In this document: piece by piece, positions 1 to 10,042 of the stretch
Numbering within the stretch: the first letter of the stretch is position 1
How the letters are laid out: each line of letters starts with the position of its first letter
IMG/VR virus record: IMGVR_UViG_3300027798_000017
Coordinates: 32,001 to 96,000 of that record
Strand: one strand, 5' to 3'
Length of the DNA stretch: 64,000 nucleotides
Origin: a virus
Made by a program: the position numbers and the translations under genes
Notes under the pieces: model-generated
The model's database searches: none
Told to the model about the DNA's origin: nothing
The model's input: only the letters and a program-made list of their open reading frames with translations

Positions 1-506
1 CTGAAAAGACTGGTTATTTTTACATTAGGATCTACTTGTAGATACATGTTCCAATTTTTAGGATACTCTGCTGCAATTTTTCTTTTAAATTGGCGAACAG
101 CAGAAAATCCCCATAATTCATTATTTTTAAACTTATACCTGCTAGCGTATGTTGTAAAAAATATTTTTGCTAATTTGTTATCAGTCTCCCAGTTCATATG
201 TTGAACAGCTTTGCCAAGTTCTGCAGTTTTCTTATAATCAATATTTTTATATTTTTGACTACGTGGACAAGTGCCAATAAAAACATGCCCTATTTGGCTT
301 GGAATTTCAACACCATCTCTTTTATTTATCACAGTTTCAATTAACTCATTATTAAACTCACGCACTATAGTCTTTATTTGCTCTTCAGTTAAATATTTTG
401 CAGCAAACACTTTTGACTGTATCTCATCAAGAAGTGCAGAAGTCATTGTCTTTATAAATGGCTTTTTGTACCTTGGTGCTTTTACGTCTGATGCAAAATT
501 TTTCAT
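1..506 (-). CDS. IHF/HU-like protein of the crAss-like structural block (3' end runs off the window)
   Basis: Not in the ORF track. ATG at 506, frame open to position 1: MKNFASDVKAPRYKK...IVREFNNELIETVINKRDGVEIPSQIGHVFIG...; helix followed by GVEIP.xIG resembles the IHF arm. Confidence 0.55.
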   Translation of the reverse strand, partial: MKNFASDVKAPRYKKPFIKTMTSALLDEIQSKVFAAKYLTEEQIKTIVREFNNELIETVINKRDGVEIPSQIGHVFIGTCPRSQKYKNIDYKKTAELGKAVQHMNWETDNKLAKIFFTTYASRYKFKNNELWGFSAVRQFKRKIAAEYPKNWNMYLQVDPNVKITSLF

Positions 507-569
507 AACTGTTCCTCAATAAAATATAGACAAAATAAATGATTTAAACAAATATAAGAATAAAAACAA

Positions 570-594
570 AACCCTCAATGAATGAGGGTTGTTC
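570..594. terminator. Probable intrinsic terminator after the 614..2212 gene
   Basis: aaccctca-atgaa-tgagggtt hairpin with an A/T tract on the left (U-tract on the minus strand). Confidence 0.5.
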
Positions 595-613
595 TGAGTG
601 AATCACTAAATTA

Positions 614-2212
614 CTATGAACATGATACAACTGTAAGTAACATTGTGTCAGAAACTTTGCAACCAGCAGTATCTGTTACTATGACTTTGGCTAAGCCTAC
701 TCTACCTGCATTTGCACTAGCACAAGCATCAAAAACATTTGTTACTGCAGGATCGTTTAAAGGAATTCTTCTTGCGTCATTGGTAGGATCAGCTGGGTCA
801 GCATCAAGTTGAAACATTGTCCCACCACTAAATGCAAAATCTGCCATACTCCATGTATATGTATATGGAGCAATACCACCTGTTACCACAGCTTCAATTG
901 CTCTACCTGCTGCCTCTACTATTTCAACAAACATTGGACATGGTATAATTGCATTGACAATGTAATTGGTAACACCTGTTTCAAGAGGTACTACTTGAAT
1001 ATCAATATTATCACCAGCAATTACATTAACACAACAGTTGTTAATTACTTGAAATGTAGTTTGTGTTGGTGTGTCTATTGTTTTTACAATTGTTATTCCT
1101 TGTCCTGCTGTAACATCATATGCTTTCCCACCAGGTCCTGATGGTAGATTTTCAACAAAGTTCTCAAAAGAAATTTTAACTTGTTGACAACCAATAACAT
1201 ACTCAATGTCATATGTAGTATCATTTAATGGGTAACATAACGCTCCTGTAACTAACCCTGCCCATGTTGCATCAACTGTTTCTACTGGTATAACATTTCC
1301 ATTATTATATTCTAAGTCTTTAAGATCTGTAGTTAACCATACAAGATTTCCAATAACAACACCATTATACAAGTTGCCAGAGTTGTCTTTATATGCATTT
1401 GGAATTGCATCTCCTGGATCTTCATTACATTCAGCAGGTCTTACAAGTCTCAAACGTAGACCTTGGTTTTTGTCTACAACTGTTCTAAATAATGTATCAT
1501 CATCAAACTCAAGTGAATACATGTATCCTGTTGCAGTAGCTACACTATCCCATCCCCAGTAAGTACCAATTTGACCATTGTTTGGTGTAAATACACCAGT
1601 GTCAAGACGGTACACAGATGGCATTACTGACAAAGTTGTTAAGTTAGTAGCTGCACTATTTGGTATACTCCAACATGTTAATGATTTCATTGGACCTGCT
1701 GCAGTATTATTCCATGGTGTAAATGTTGCACTTGGATTAATTGCTGTAACTAATGCTTGCCAGTCATTGTTGTTTGGAACTCTCCACGTATTGATAGGAT
1801 TATCAAGAGCTGTTGTATTAACAATACCTCCAACTACGCGACCATCACCTGCAATTGCAGTATTAATTGCAAACCAGTTATAGAGTAATCCATCATAAGG
1901 ACAAAATGCTGTGTCATCTACACATAACATTATATAGTCAGGATCATCTATACTTGTAACTGCTGGTATAGTACAGCATGCGTCTTCACATGTCAAATCA
2001 ACAAGTGCTGCAAGAGCATCTGCCAATGAGGTATTAGTTGGTATTATTGGAACGTCATTGCACAAAAGCGCTGGTCCTGTATACTTAACACATTCAGCAT
2101 TAACTATTTCAACGCATGGTTGTGGATCAGGACATACTGGTGGTGGAGTAATGCATGGTTCTGGTATTGATGGACCACATCCACATCCCTCACAGTTATT
2201 ATTTATTGCCAT
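614..2212 (-). CDS. Cys-rich virion/fibre protein with a (permuted) FISUMP-like domain and a C-terminal SprB/Ig-like repeat
   Basis: GLLYNWFA, WRVP..DW..L, KxxGLxLRLVR and DNSGNLY..VVIGNLVW motifs; VTGGIAPYTYTW...VTDTAGC at the C-terminus. Confidence 0.6.
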   Translation of the reverse strand: MAINNNCEGCGCGPSIPEPCITPPPVCPDPQPCVEIVNAECVKYTGPALLCNDVPIIPTNTSLADALAALVDLTCEDACCTIPAVTSIDDPDYIMLCVDDTAFCPYDGLLYNWFAINTAIAGDGRVVGGIVNTTALDNPINTWRVPNNNDWQALVTAINPSATFTPWNNTAAGPMKSLTCWSIPNSAATNLTTLSVMPSVYRLDTGVFTPNNGQIGTYWGWDSVATATGYMYSLEFDDDTLFRTVVDKNQGLRLRLVRPAECNEDPGDAIPNAYKDNSGNLYNGVVIGNLVWLTTDLKDLEYNNGNVIPVETVDATWAGLVTGALCYPLNDTTYDIEYVIGCQQVKISFENFVENLPSGPGGKAYDVTAGQGITIVKTIDTPTQTTFQVINNCCVNVIAGDNIDIQVVPLETGVTNYIVNAIIPCPMFVEIVEAAGRAIEAVVTGGIAPYTYTWSMADFAFSGGTMFQLDADPADPTNDARRIPLNDPAVTNVFDACASANAGRVGLAKVIVTDTAGCKVSDTMLLTVVSCS

Positions 2213-2229
2213 TTTTATTTATTTTAAGT

Positions 2230-3882
2230 TTATATACAATCTGTTGTTTCAGTAATAATACATGATGGTGCACCATAACAGTCACTAAATGTAGTTGTAA
2301 CATCAGGACATGTCCAAGTAATCGTTTGACCTGGTCCACCAACTAGTAATGGTGGCACTGTAACTAGTTGTCTAGTAGAAAATAATAAAAAATCTTCTAT
2401 ATCCGCAGCACCAGTCATAATATCATTTGCCATAAATGTTTCATCAACTGAATAAATTTCTGCACCAAATCCAAACGCACTAGCAATGTTATATCCATCT
2501 AAAATTAGCCTATGTATTCCAGCTGGTAATGTGATTGGAAATGCATGCCAATATCTAAAAGTTTCAGTAACGCTAGTACTAGGACTTGAACCATTTGCTG
2601 ATAGAGAACACCAAATATTTACAATATTTGTTAAGCCTCCACCATTAAATGTAGTTGAATTTATTTTTGCTCTTATTTGATTATCACCAGCAAGCGCAAA
2701 AATAAATTGACGTTCTTCATCAATTTCAATACAATACTCAACGCTAAACCATTGACCACCAGGCCATGCACCAGTATATGAATTTCCAGGTGCTGGATTA
2801 CTTCCAGGAAGTTTTGCCCATAATCCAGACACATTTTGTCTTGATGCAGGTCCTAATGTTGCACTTGAACATGTTGCCTGTATGCCTATGTCAGCACCAA
2901 GTCCTGCACTTTCACAAGCTTTGTATCGTGTTCCAAATCCAGTATCAGGTATGGCAGCATTACGCCAAGCATTTATTGGATAAGGTCTTCCAGAAATATC
3001 ATTGTAAAGTCTAACACCAAAGTCACCATAGTCACCATTATTAGCTGGTTTAAATAATTCATAAACAGTACCAGCACTTGGTGTAGCTGGTTCTTGTGTA
3101 ACTCTTGTACAAAGATTTGTTGTTGGATCTAAAAAGTAACTTTCAGGACACTCACATGGTGCAGGATCTATTAAACATTCTAGTTTAAATATTTTCCAAC
3201 CTGTTCCTGGATTAGTTCCTGATATAGATTGTATTAAAATATCTTCTGATACAGCTGGATTTGATTTAATGTAAGTCATTGCATAACAACTTGGCTCAGC
3301 TCCAGGATCAGGTGAGCATAAATTTGGTATAGGTAAACTAGGAGGGTTAAGTGGAAAACCTGGATTGTACATGCTTAAACCAGATGTGTTTGACATAGGG
3401 GTTCCTCCAGGAGGATCACCTGAACCTTCACCATAAACAGTTATAACTTCAGAACCAGTTGGTAAAAAAGCTGTACCATTATATAAATATGAAGTGCGTG
3501 TCAAACTAGTAGTTGTAGGCCATCCACCAGACACACTTCCTGCAAATCCTATACTTGCTAATTTGGTAACTTTGTCTGAGGTAACTATTGAAAAACTATC
3601 TGGATTACCATAAGGTGATGCAGTAACTTTAATTCCAAGAACTCCAGCAGGAATTGTAAATGGAACATAATATGCGCCAGCAAAACCACTCGCTGCTAAG
3701 TCCCCATTACATTGTATACCAGGTACATTACAATCTATTTCACACCAAGCAGTACCATCCCAATATTTTACAGGACAATTATTTGGATCAATTACTTGCC
3801 AATTTGCAAGAGTTTTTACATGAACATTACAGTCACATATATCAACCCAATTTATACCATCAAATACTTTATATACTCCCAT
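2230..3882 (-). CDS. Putative tail fibre / virion appendage protein
   Basis: 550 aa, Gly/Pro/Cys-rich; KVFDGINW and KYWDGTAW fibre-type motifs; C-P-x-x-Y-x6-C module; lies in the structural block. Confidence 0.5.
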   Translation of the reverse strand: MGVYKVFDGINWVDICDCNVHVKTLANWQVIDPNNCPVKYWDGTAWCEIDCNVPGIQCNGDLAASGFAGAYYVPFTIPAGVLGIKVTASPYGNPDSFSIVTSDKVTKLASIGFAGSVSGGWPTTTSLTRTSYLYNGTAFLPTGSEVITVYGEGSGDPPGGTPMSNTSGLSMYNPGFPLNPPSLPIPNLCSPDPGAEPSCYAMTYIKSNPAVSEDILIQSISGTNPGTGWKIFKLECLIDPAPCECPESYFLDPTTNLCTRVTQEPATPSAGTVYELFKPANNGDYGDFGVRLYNDISGRPYPINAWRNAAIPDTGFGTRYKACESAGLGADIGIQATCSSATLGPASRQNVSGLWAKLPGSNPAPGNSYTGAWPGGQWFSVEYCIEIDEERQFIFALAGDNQIRAKINSTTFNGGGLTNIVNIWCSLSANGSSPSTSVTETFRYWHAFPITLPAGIHRLILDGYNIASAFGFGAEIYSVDETFMANDIMTGAADIEDFLLFSTRQLVTVPPLLVGGPGQTITWTCPDVTTTFSDCYGAPSCIITETTDCI

Positions 3883-3886
3883 CTTA

Positions 3887-4582
3887 TTATGGATTACAAG
3901 GTTCTATCCACAAATCACCAGGTCTAATTTGATTGTTGCCTGGTAAGTTATTTACACCAAAGCCATCAACAGAACCATAAAGACTATTAAAGTCTGTTGA
4001 TGTAGGTTGTGTTGTTTGTACAAATACTGCAACACCTCTACCTGATTTACCATTTGTACCAGCATTTCCAGGATCTCCTTTTACACCTTGAGTACCACTA
4101 GATCCTTCAGGACCTTGAGGCCCAATTGCTCCTGTACCATCACAACCACTACATACATAGTATTGGTTTATTACTGTATTTGTAATTCCACTAAATAGTT
4201 GTATCTCTATTCCACCACAAGGGCAAAAAGGACTTCCTATCATAACTTCATTTACTACTACGTAATTACCATTTAGACCATCATCGCCATCAGCTCCAGC
4301 TGGCCCTGTTGGACCAGGTGTAAGTTGGATGTTACAAATTTGGTCTATTACTATTTGAAATAATTCTGCAAAATCTTCTGGTGCACATCCTAAGTAATTA
4401 AAGCATGAAATATCATACGTACTTGGATCAAGCATGACAAGAGTATCACAAAACTTAGTTGCAAGTTTAAATAATACTTCTGTTATTGTATCTCCCTTAC
4501 ATAATTTCAAACATGGAATATCTGGACCTTCCCAGATCACACAGTTTGAAGAAGTTTTTATGCACCCATCTTTACTATACAT
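3887..4582 (-). CDS. Collagen-like fibre protein with a Cys-rich N-terminal domain
   Basis: G-X-Y runs (GPTGPAGADG; GAIGPQGPEGSSGTQGVKGDPGNAGTNGKSGRG); N-terminal CVIWEGPDIPC. Confidence 0.65.
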   Translation of the reverse strand: MYSKDGCIKTSSNCVIWEGPDIPCLKLCKGDTITEVLFKLATKFCDTLVMLDPSTYDISCFNYLGCAPEDFAELFQIVIDQICNIQLTPGPTGPAGADGDDGLNGNYVVVNEVMIGSPFCPCGGIEIQLFSGITNTVINQYYVCSGCDGTGAIGPQGPEGSSGTQGVKGDPGNAGTNGKSGRGVAVFVQTTQPTSTDFNSLYGSVDGFGVNNLPGNNQIRPGDLWIEPCNP

Positions 4583-4592
4583 AATTAATATT

Positions 4593-6188
4593 TTAACATG
4601 TTCCTAAACTTGATAATGACACATCAATACCTATTGTTGCTGGCAATGGTCCTCCACCAGATAATTCAGATCCACCCCAACAATCAACATTTGTATTTAA
4701 TGTAATACATCCAGTAGTTGGTGCTCCTGGACAATATACACGTGTACTGCTTATGTAAGTTATTACACCAAACGTACTTCCTGTAGGAATTGTTATAAGT
4801 AAATCTGTTATTGTATTTGGATCACCAGGACAACCATCTTGTGAAATTCTAATTGTTGTTTCAATTGGTCCACCACTATTTATAACAGGAACGCCAACGC
4901 TATCTTTTAATGATATTGTTATTTCACGATTAGTTTCTGTAAATGGTGTTACTATTCCTGAAACTGGATTTGAACATGTTTCTAGTGTACTAGCATCAAT
5001 ACCATTATTGTAAAACAATTTAGCTACGTATGGTATGTCAGATAAAATACCCTGCACTTGTACAGAAGAAGATGTTCCACAATCATAAACAGCATAAACT
5101 TTTACAATATATTCAGTTCCTGCAACAATTGAAGGACTAACAATTGTGTAATATGAAGGTGTTGGACCAACTGTAGTTGTCACAAGTGGTGTTATGCCTA
5201 TTAAAGTATATACTTCAATTTTGTATGCAAGTGGTGCTTCTGATGTTGGTGTTGTAGGTGCTACCCAGTTTACTCTACAACCAGTAGTTGTAAGATTTGA
5301 AAGCGTTGCTGATACAGGTGGCACTAATACACATGGTAATACAGATGTGCCTGATATACAGTCATTTATCTTGCAAACAATTAACCATAAATTATTCATT
5401 GATCCAGCTACAGAAATAGGATTATCAATCCATCCTGCAATATCACCATAAGTTCCAGTTCCACATGGCAGTATGGTTGTATTATCAATACATATATTGT
5501 TAAACATTGCTTGCCATTCAGTCAATGTTCCAAGTAATTCTAGATACTCACAAAGTTTTTGTTCTAAATTAAAAAATGCAGTTGCAATTGGCAACGTTAA
5601 ACCTGGAACACTACCACTTAAACATTGTGTGATTATGTTAGTTATAGCACCACCACCGCCTCCTCCTCCACCACCAATAGCAGCTTCAAGAATAGTTACT
5701 CTGGTATTGAGAGATGCAATAACAGCGTTAATGCTAAAAACATCCGCAATGATATGACAAATTTGAGAAGCCAAATATTCAACGTATTCATCAAGAGGTA
5801 AAGCTGTTATAGTATCACCTGCGCCATCAACATACCAAAGACATTCTGGTAAGTTAACATTGGGTAAAGGATCTGGTCCTGGGGGATCTGGTGGTGTTGG
5901 TGGAGTACATGCATTTGATATTAATAGTTGCAATGTTTCAAGTAATGTTTCAGGTGGGCATTGTCCATTAACTAACAAACACTCAAAATCAAGTGTTGTT
6001 ACATCTAAAACATTTTCAGTAATATCGCATAATATCGTTGCCAACTGATAAACAACATCTTCAATTGTATCTCCTTTGCATAAATTAATGCAAGGAATAT
6101 CAGGTCCATTCCATATGACACAAGATGCAGAAACAGGCATGCAGCCATCTTTTCTATATTTATCTAAATTTTGTGATAATGGCTTCAT
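4593..6188 (-). CDS. Virion protein with Cys-rich N-domain, coiled coil and FnIII-like domain
   Basis: CVIWNGPDIPC N-domain; LSNLTTTGCRVNWVAP...YKIEV...GTEYIVKVYAV is FnIII-like. Confidence 0.6.
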   Translation of the reverse strand: MKPLSQNLDKYRKDGCMPVSASCVIWNGPDIPCINLCKGDTIEDVVYQLATILCDITENVLDVTTLDFECLLVNGQCPPETLLETLQLLISNACTPPTPPDPPGPDPLPNVNLPECLWYVDGAGDTITALPLDEYVEYLASQICHIIADVFSINAVIASLNTRVTILEAAIGGGGGGGGGAITNIITQCLSGSVPGLTLPIATAFFNLEQKLCEYLELLGTLTEWQAMFNNICIDNTTILPCGTGTYGDIAGWIDNPISVAGSMNNLWLIVCKINDCISGTSVLPCVLVPPVSATLSNLTTTGCRVNWVAPTTPTSEAPLAYKIEVYTLIGITPLVTTTVGPTPSYYTIVSPSIVAGTEYIVKVYAVYDCGTSSSVQVQGILSDIPYVAKLFYNNGIDASTLETCSNPVSGIVTPFTETNREITISLKDSVGVPVINSGGPIETTIRISQDGCPGDPNTITDLLITIPTGSTFGVITYISSTRVYCPGAPTTGCITLNTNVDCWGGSELSGGGPLPATIGIDVSLSSLGTC

Positions 6189-6413
6189 TTACAATGTGTT
6201 AATTTGTTCTTCAATACTTTCAAAACTACAACAACAATCAAAATTCAAGTTACAGTTTTTACGTTCTAAGCTTCTTTCATAAAGAGCTTTCATTTCATAT
6301 GCATAGTCAGGCTCCAAACGTTTCTTGCAACCTTTTAATCCATAACGATCACTGTTAAACTCCTGATATAATGAGTCAGCGAAAAGTTCATTTATGTGTG
6401 TTTGTGCGTCCAT
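6189..6413 (-). CDS. Small Cys-containing hypothetical protein
   Basis: Abuts the neighbouring genes; RYGLKGC motif. Confidence 0.55.
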   Translation of the reverse strand: MDAQTHINELFADSLYQEFNSDRYGLKGCKKRLEPDYAYEMKALYERSLERKNCNLNFDCCCSFESIEEQINTL

Positions 6414-6595
6414 TATGTTTTTGGATAATAATTTTTAGGTATTTCCCAAATATGCTGCACATTATCAGCTGTTGCATTTGGTCTTAATGACCTTTCATAA
6501 GTAGCATTGCAACTATTACATACAGATTTACCATCGCTTGCAATCTTTTGTTGACAACCACAGGTAAGTTTAGTTCCACAATTTGAGCATTTCAT
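6413..6595 (-). CDS. Small Cys-rich (Zn-ribbon-like) protein
   Basis: CSNCGTKLTCGCQ...CNSC; TAATG stop/start coupling to the downstream gene. Confidence 0.55.
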   Translation of the reverse strand: MKCSNCGTKLTCGCQQKIASDGKSVCNSCNATYERSLRPNATADNVQHIWEIPKNYYPKT

Positions 6596-6605
6596 ATCTT
6601 TTATT

Positions 6606-7163
6606 TTATCTACATGTTATACAACAACCCATAATATACTTATCAAGAAGTCTATTAGCGTATGCAAGCATATCAACTCCTTGTGCTGTTGCATGGCAGT
6701 ATTCTACTTTTGCCTTTGCTGCATCAATTAGCATTTTTATATATCTAAGGTCATTAAGGTTTTGTATTTCTTCTGAGGCAGGCTCACATTCTTGTAAATG
6801 TAATTTGCAAATTTCTCCATAATATCTATTCAAAGTAGATGTTGTTCTTAAATGATAGTATGTTATGTAAGAAACTTCATTAGGTGATATACTATACTTA
6901 ATAATATATAAACCATCTGCTAAGGGAGATCCTGCTGGACAAGTTATACCTAAATCAGTTGCATCAAATACTTCGCAAAAATTTGGTGTTAACCCAAGTG
7001 TTATATAAACTGGCTGATTTGTACCAGGTATAGTAATGTCAAGTTGTTGACACTCTATTGGTAGTAAATTTGGATCAGCATAGATTGATGTATCAACAAC
7101 TCTGAGAATGTTCTCACAAGCTGTTTCAGGTACATCTAATTGTAAAATGTGTTTTATTGCCAT
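6606..7163 (-). CDS. Hypothetical virion protein
   Basis: 185-aa ORF in the structural operon; DGLYIIKYSISPN motif. Confidence 0.55.
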   Translation of the reverse strand: MAIKHILQLDVPETACENILRVVDTSIYADPNLLPIECQQLDITIPGTNQPVYITLGLTPNFCEVFDATDLGITCPAGSPLADGLYIIKYSISPNEVSYITYYHLRTTSTLNRYYGEICKLHLQECEPASEEIQNLNDLRYIKMLIDAAKAKVEYCHATAQGVDMLAYANRLLDKYIMGCCITCR

Positions 7164-7224
7164 AATTACAGGTTTTGTTTATATCCCCTCACTAAAATTT
7201 AAGAAAAATTTCTTAAATATACAA

Positions 7225-7268
7225 CAAAAAAGAAAAAGAAGAGCGTTATACCCTTCTTTTCCTTTTTG
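7225..7268 (-). terminator. Probable terminator after 7291..8808
   Basis: aaaagaag...cttctttt inverted repeat flanked by A/T tracts. Confidence 0.45.
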
Positions 7269-7290
7269 TCTATAGTAGTCAGCTGTGCTA

Positions 7291-8808
7291 TTACGCAACA
7301 ACCTGTAGGGTAACACCTGCTTGAGCAGAAGCTAACCATGCATTCCACCAGTTTTGGAAGTTGTTTAAACTTGCCAAAGTAGCACCAGCAGCACTTGTGT
7401 ACGCAGGAACTACAACCTTAACTAGGTACTGATCGTTGTCAAACGTACCACTAGGGTTGTTTTTACGAGGAATACTATGTAGTAAATAGTATGCACTATA
7501 TTTGTTGCCACGAATGATCTCTGGTCCACCACCATTGCTGGTTCCTAGAGTAGTATCATTCATAACCTCACGCATACGTGGATCATCATACCAAGGTTCT
7601 TGTTGGTAACGTTTAGCCAGAATTAATTCACGAACTAAAGTTTCACCAAATCCTTTACCTTGTTTAGCTTCTTGAATCTCTGTAACTGTAAAACAAGAAA
7701 CAACACATGGATCACCGTTTCCAGGATTGATGTCATTTGAATTGTTTGAGTAAGCAGACATAGAAGCGTACAATAAGATAGGCTCAGTCTCAAAATGATC
7801 TTTAGGATTGAATGAACAATCACCAAATATAGTATCAACATAAGCACCAACAATATCCATACAAGAATCTACTAAAGCAGCACCAGCGCCTGTAGCAGGT
7901 ACATAAGTAGCAGTTGTAGTAGTTCTGTAGAATTTAATTGGAGTAAGAGCAGCAATAGTTGCAGGTATAATGAATGGAGTACCATTAGCATTAACCAAAG
8001 GAACAGTTGTTGAAGCAGCAACATAAGTAGAACCTACATATGCAGTGTATCCATTAACTTTAACTTTGTTACCAACTTGAATTGCAGTTAAACCAGCACC
8101 AGCAGAAACAACAGTAACTGTTGAAGCTAAAGCAACACCAGAAGCAGTTGTGCTCAACGCAGTTCTAACATAAACTACAGCTTGTACAAATTGGTTCAAG
8201 AATGGAGTAGAGTTATTACCAGAAGCAACACCATTGATTTGGTCAGCCCATTGTAGTAAAACTACAGTTGGATCAACTTTATCAGGAGTTGTTGCAGCTC
8301 CAGAATATGTACAACATCCAGTGTATGCACTAAGGATTTGGTACAAGTTGTGAGTTAAGAAACGCAATGCAGGAGAACCTTTGATGTCCAAACGTAAGTC
8401 ATACATTGTTTCACAATCAAGTCCACAATTTACTTGACAAACCTCAAGAACATCATTCACTGGATTTGCAGGATCTGTTCTGTAGAACGAACTTACAAGT
8501 TTAGGATTGATACCTTTAGATTTTACAGTTTCTTTATAACCGCCATGGAAAGGACCAAGCTTGTCATTTGTGTGGAAACTACCTTGTGCTAAGTATACTT
8601 GTGTATACTGGCCTGCACCTGTACCAAAGGTAGGAGCTACAGCAGGGTCAATAGGAACATTTGTCAAAGCATTGACAATTCCAATTTGACCTGCAATAAG
8701 CGCTATCGTAGTAGCTGGTGCTGGACTTGGAAATGGAACAGGTGTTGCTGCTCCTGCTGGGTGTGTCCCAACTAACATTTTTTGAAACGCGTGTGGAAAA
8801 TAAGACAT
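7291..8808 (-). CDS. Structural protein (auxiliary capsid/decoration-like)
   Basis: 505 aa, Ala/Thr/Val-rich, downstream of MCP, followed by a terminator. Confidence 0.55.
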   Translation of the reverse strand: MSYFPHAFQKMLVGTHPAGAATPVPFPSPAPATTIALIAGQIGIVNALTNVPIDPAVAPTFGTGAGQYTQVYLAQGSFHTNDKLGPFHGGYKETVKSKGINPKLVSSFYRTDPANPVNDVLEVCQVNCGLDCETMYDLRLDIKGSPALRFLTHNLYQILSAYTGCCTYSGAATTPDKVDPTVVLLQWADQINGVASGNNSTPFLNQFVQAVVYVRTALSTTASGVALASTVTVVSAGAGLTAIQVGNKVKVNGYTAYVGSTYVAASTTVPLVNANGTPFIIPATIAALTPIKFYRTTTTATYVPATGAGAALVDSCMDIVGAYVDTIFGDCSFNPKDHFETEPILLYASMSAYSNNSNDINPGNGDPCVVSCFTVTEIQEAKQGKGFGETLVRELILAKRYQQEPWYDDPRMREVMNDTTLGTSNGGGPEIIRGNKYSAYYLLHSIPRKNNPSGTFDNDQYLVKVVVPAYTSAAGATLASLNNFQNWWNAWLASAQAGVTLQVVA

Positions 8809-8852
8809 AATAATTAAGATTTAAAAATTAAACAAAAAAAACAATTAACAAT

Positions 8853-9329
8853 TTATTTTAAAAATTTGAGTTTATACTTTGCAGAGTTTAATGTTGTCTT
8901 GACAGTGTCAAGGTCATTCACTATTTCGCTGTAAGGCATCATAGCTTGTAACTCATTAATCTCGCTCGTAAGCTCTCGTATATAAGTTAGCGCTTCTTCA
9001 GGAGAATTGCAAACTTTTTTTGAATATTCTTTTTCATGAGAACATTCTACTATTCTTTCAACAGCACCTTGGTATCCTTCAATCAATGCATCAGCATGTT
9101 CTGGAAGAGCTTCATACAACTCTTTTAAAGCTAAATGAGCTGCAAAAGATCCAAGGTCTTTTACTTTTAGATGTAACTTATGAAAGCATGTTGCTGCTGA
9201 CATTAGTTCATATCCTAATTCTGCTACCTCCTCATCAAGAGGATACTCAGAAGTATGATAACTTTCTATATCACCTGATAAACTTTCTAGTGATCTTTTT
9301 TTTAATGCGTATTTTCCTGAAAAATCCAT
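8853..9329 (-). CDS. Ferritin/Dps-like protein (DUF5856-like)
   Basis: HKLHL...SFAAHLAL.ELYE....AD.LIEGYQG four-helix ferroxidase-type motif. Confidence 0.7.
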   Translation of the reverse strand: MDFSGKYALKKRSLESLSGDIESYHTSEYPLDEEVAELGYELMSAATCFHKLHLKVKDLGSFAAHLALKELYEALPEHADALIEGYQGAVERIVECSHEKEYSKKVCNSPEEALTYIRELTSEINELQAMMPYSEIVNDLDTVKTTLNSAKYKLKFLK

Positions 9330-9340
9330 ATTATAAAATT

Positions 9341-10042
9341 TTAATCATTTATCATTTGATTTTGTTGATTGCGAGACATTTGATTAAATGACTCAATGTC
9401 ACCAGCAATCAAAGAAACTGCACCATCAATCATAAGTTCAACAACATCATCTTTAAATTCAGAAGTTATATCTGCCACAGCTGGTAATCCTGTAGTAGGA
9501 TTAATGCATCCTGCAAACTCTACTAATCTAGGTTTTCTGTAATATGTTAAGGTAGGACTAACAATATCAAACTCATTGTTTGTATATATGCGAATCTTAT
9601 TACTTTGCATAGTGCAGAATGTTTCTCCCCATTCCCAACTTGGCTTTTTAAAGTCATCAGATAATAGATTGTCAACATCAGCTGCCTCATCAAGATATAC
9701 TATAATAGATCTTGGTGGACAACAGTCTTTTTCACCTTTTACTGCAACACGTTTGAAATAAAGATAGTCTTCTGGTATAAGCTCTGTTTCATAAAACAAA
9801 TCCTTTCTACTTGCAGTAATATTAGCTGTCAAAAGAATAGGTTGAACGTCATCAATTTGCATCTTAGAAGACTCATCAAAATCAGGATGAGATGCACTTA
9901 CATGAATTTGTCTTCTAATCCACTCAAGTTGAGATTTATTAAATGCTTCAGCTATTTGCCAACATTCAATATTGTCATAGTCAAATGAAGCGATTTTATT
10001 CAAACGCTCATTAAACTTAATTCTGAGTAGATTATTGTCCAT
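9341..10042 (-). CDS. Head-tail connector / ring (tail tubular) protein
   Basis: FNKSQLEWI, PEDYLYFKR and TYYRKPR motifs typical of crAss-like ring proteins; synteny. Confidence 0.6.
   Translation of the reverse strand: MDNNLLRIKFNERLNKIASFDYDNIECWQIAEAFNKSQLEWIRRQIHVSASHPDFDESSKMQIDDVQPILLTANITASRKDLFYETELIPEDYLYFKRVAVKGEKDCCPPRSIIVYLDEAADVDNLLSDDFKKPSWEWGETFCTMQSNKIRIYTNNEFDIVSPTLTYYRKPRLVEFAGCINPTTGLPAVADITSEFKDDVVELMIDGAVSLIAGDIESFNQMSRNQQNQMIND

Noticed and set aside
614-2212. Diversity-generating retroelement targeting the FISUMP protein
   Set aside because: No reverse transcriptase and no template/variable repeat pair visible in the window
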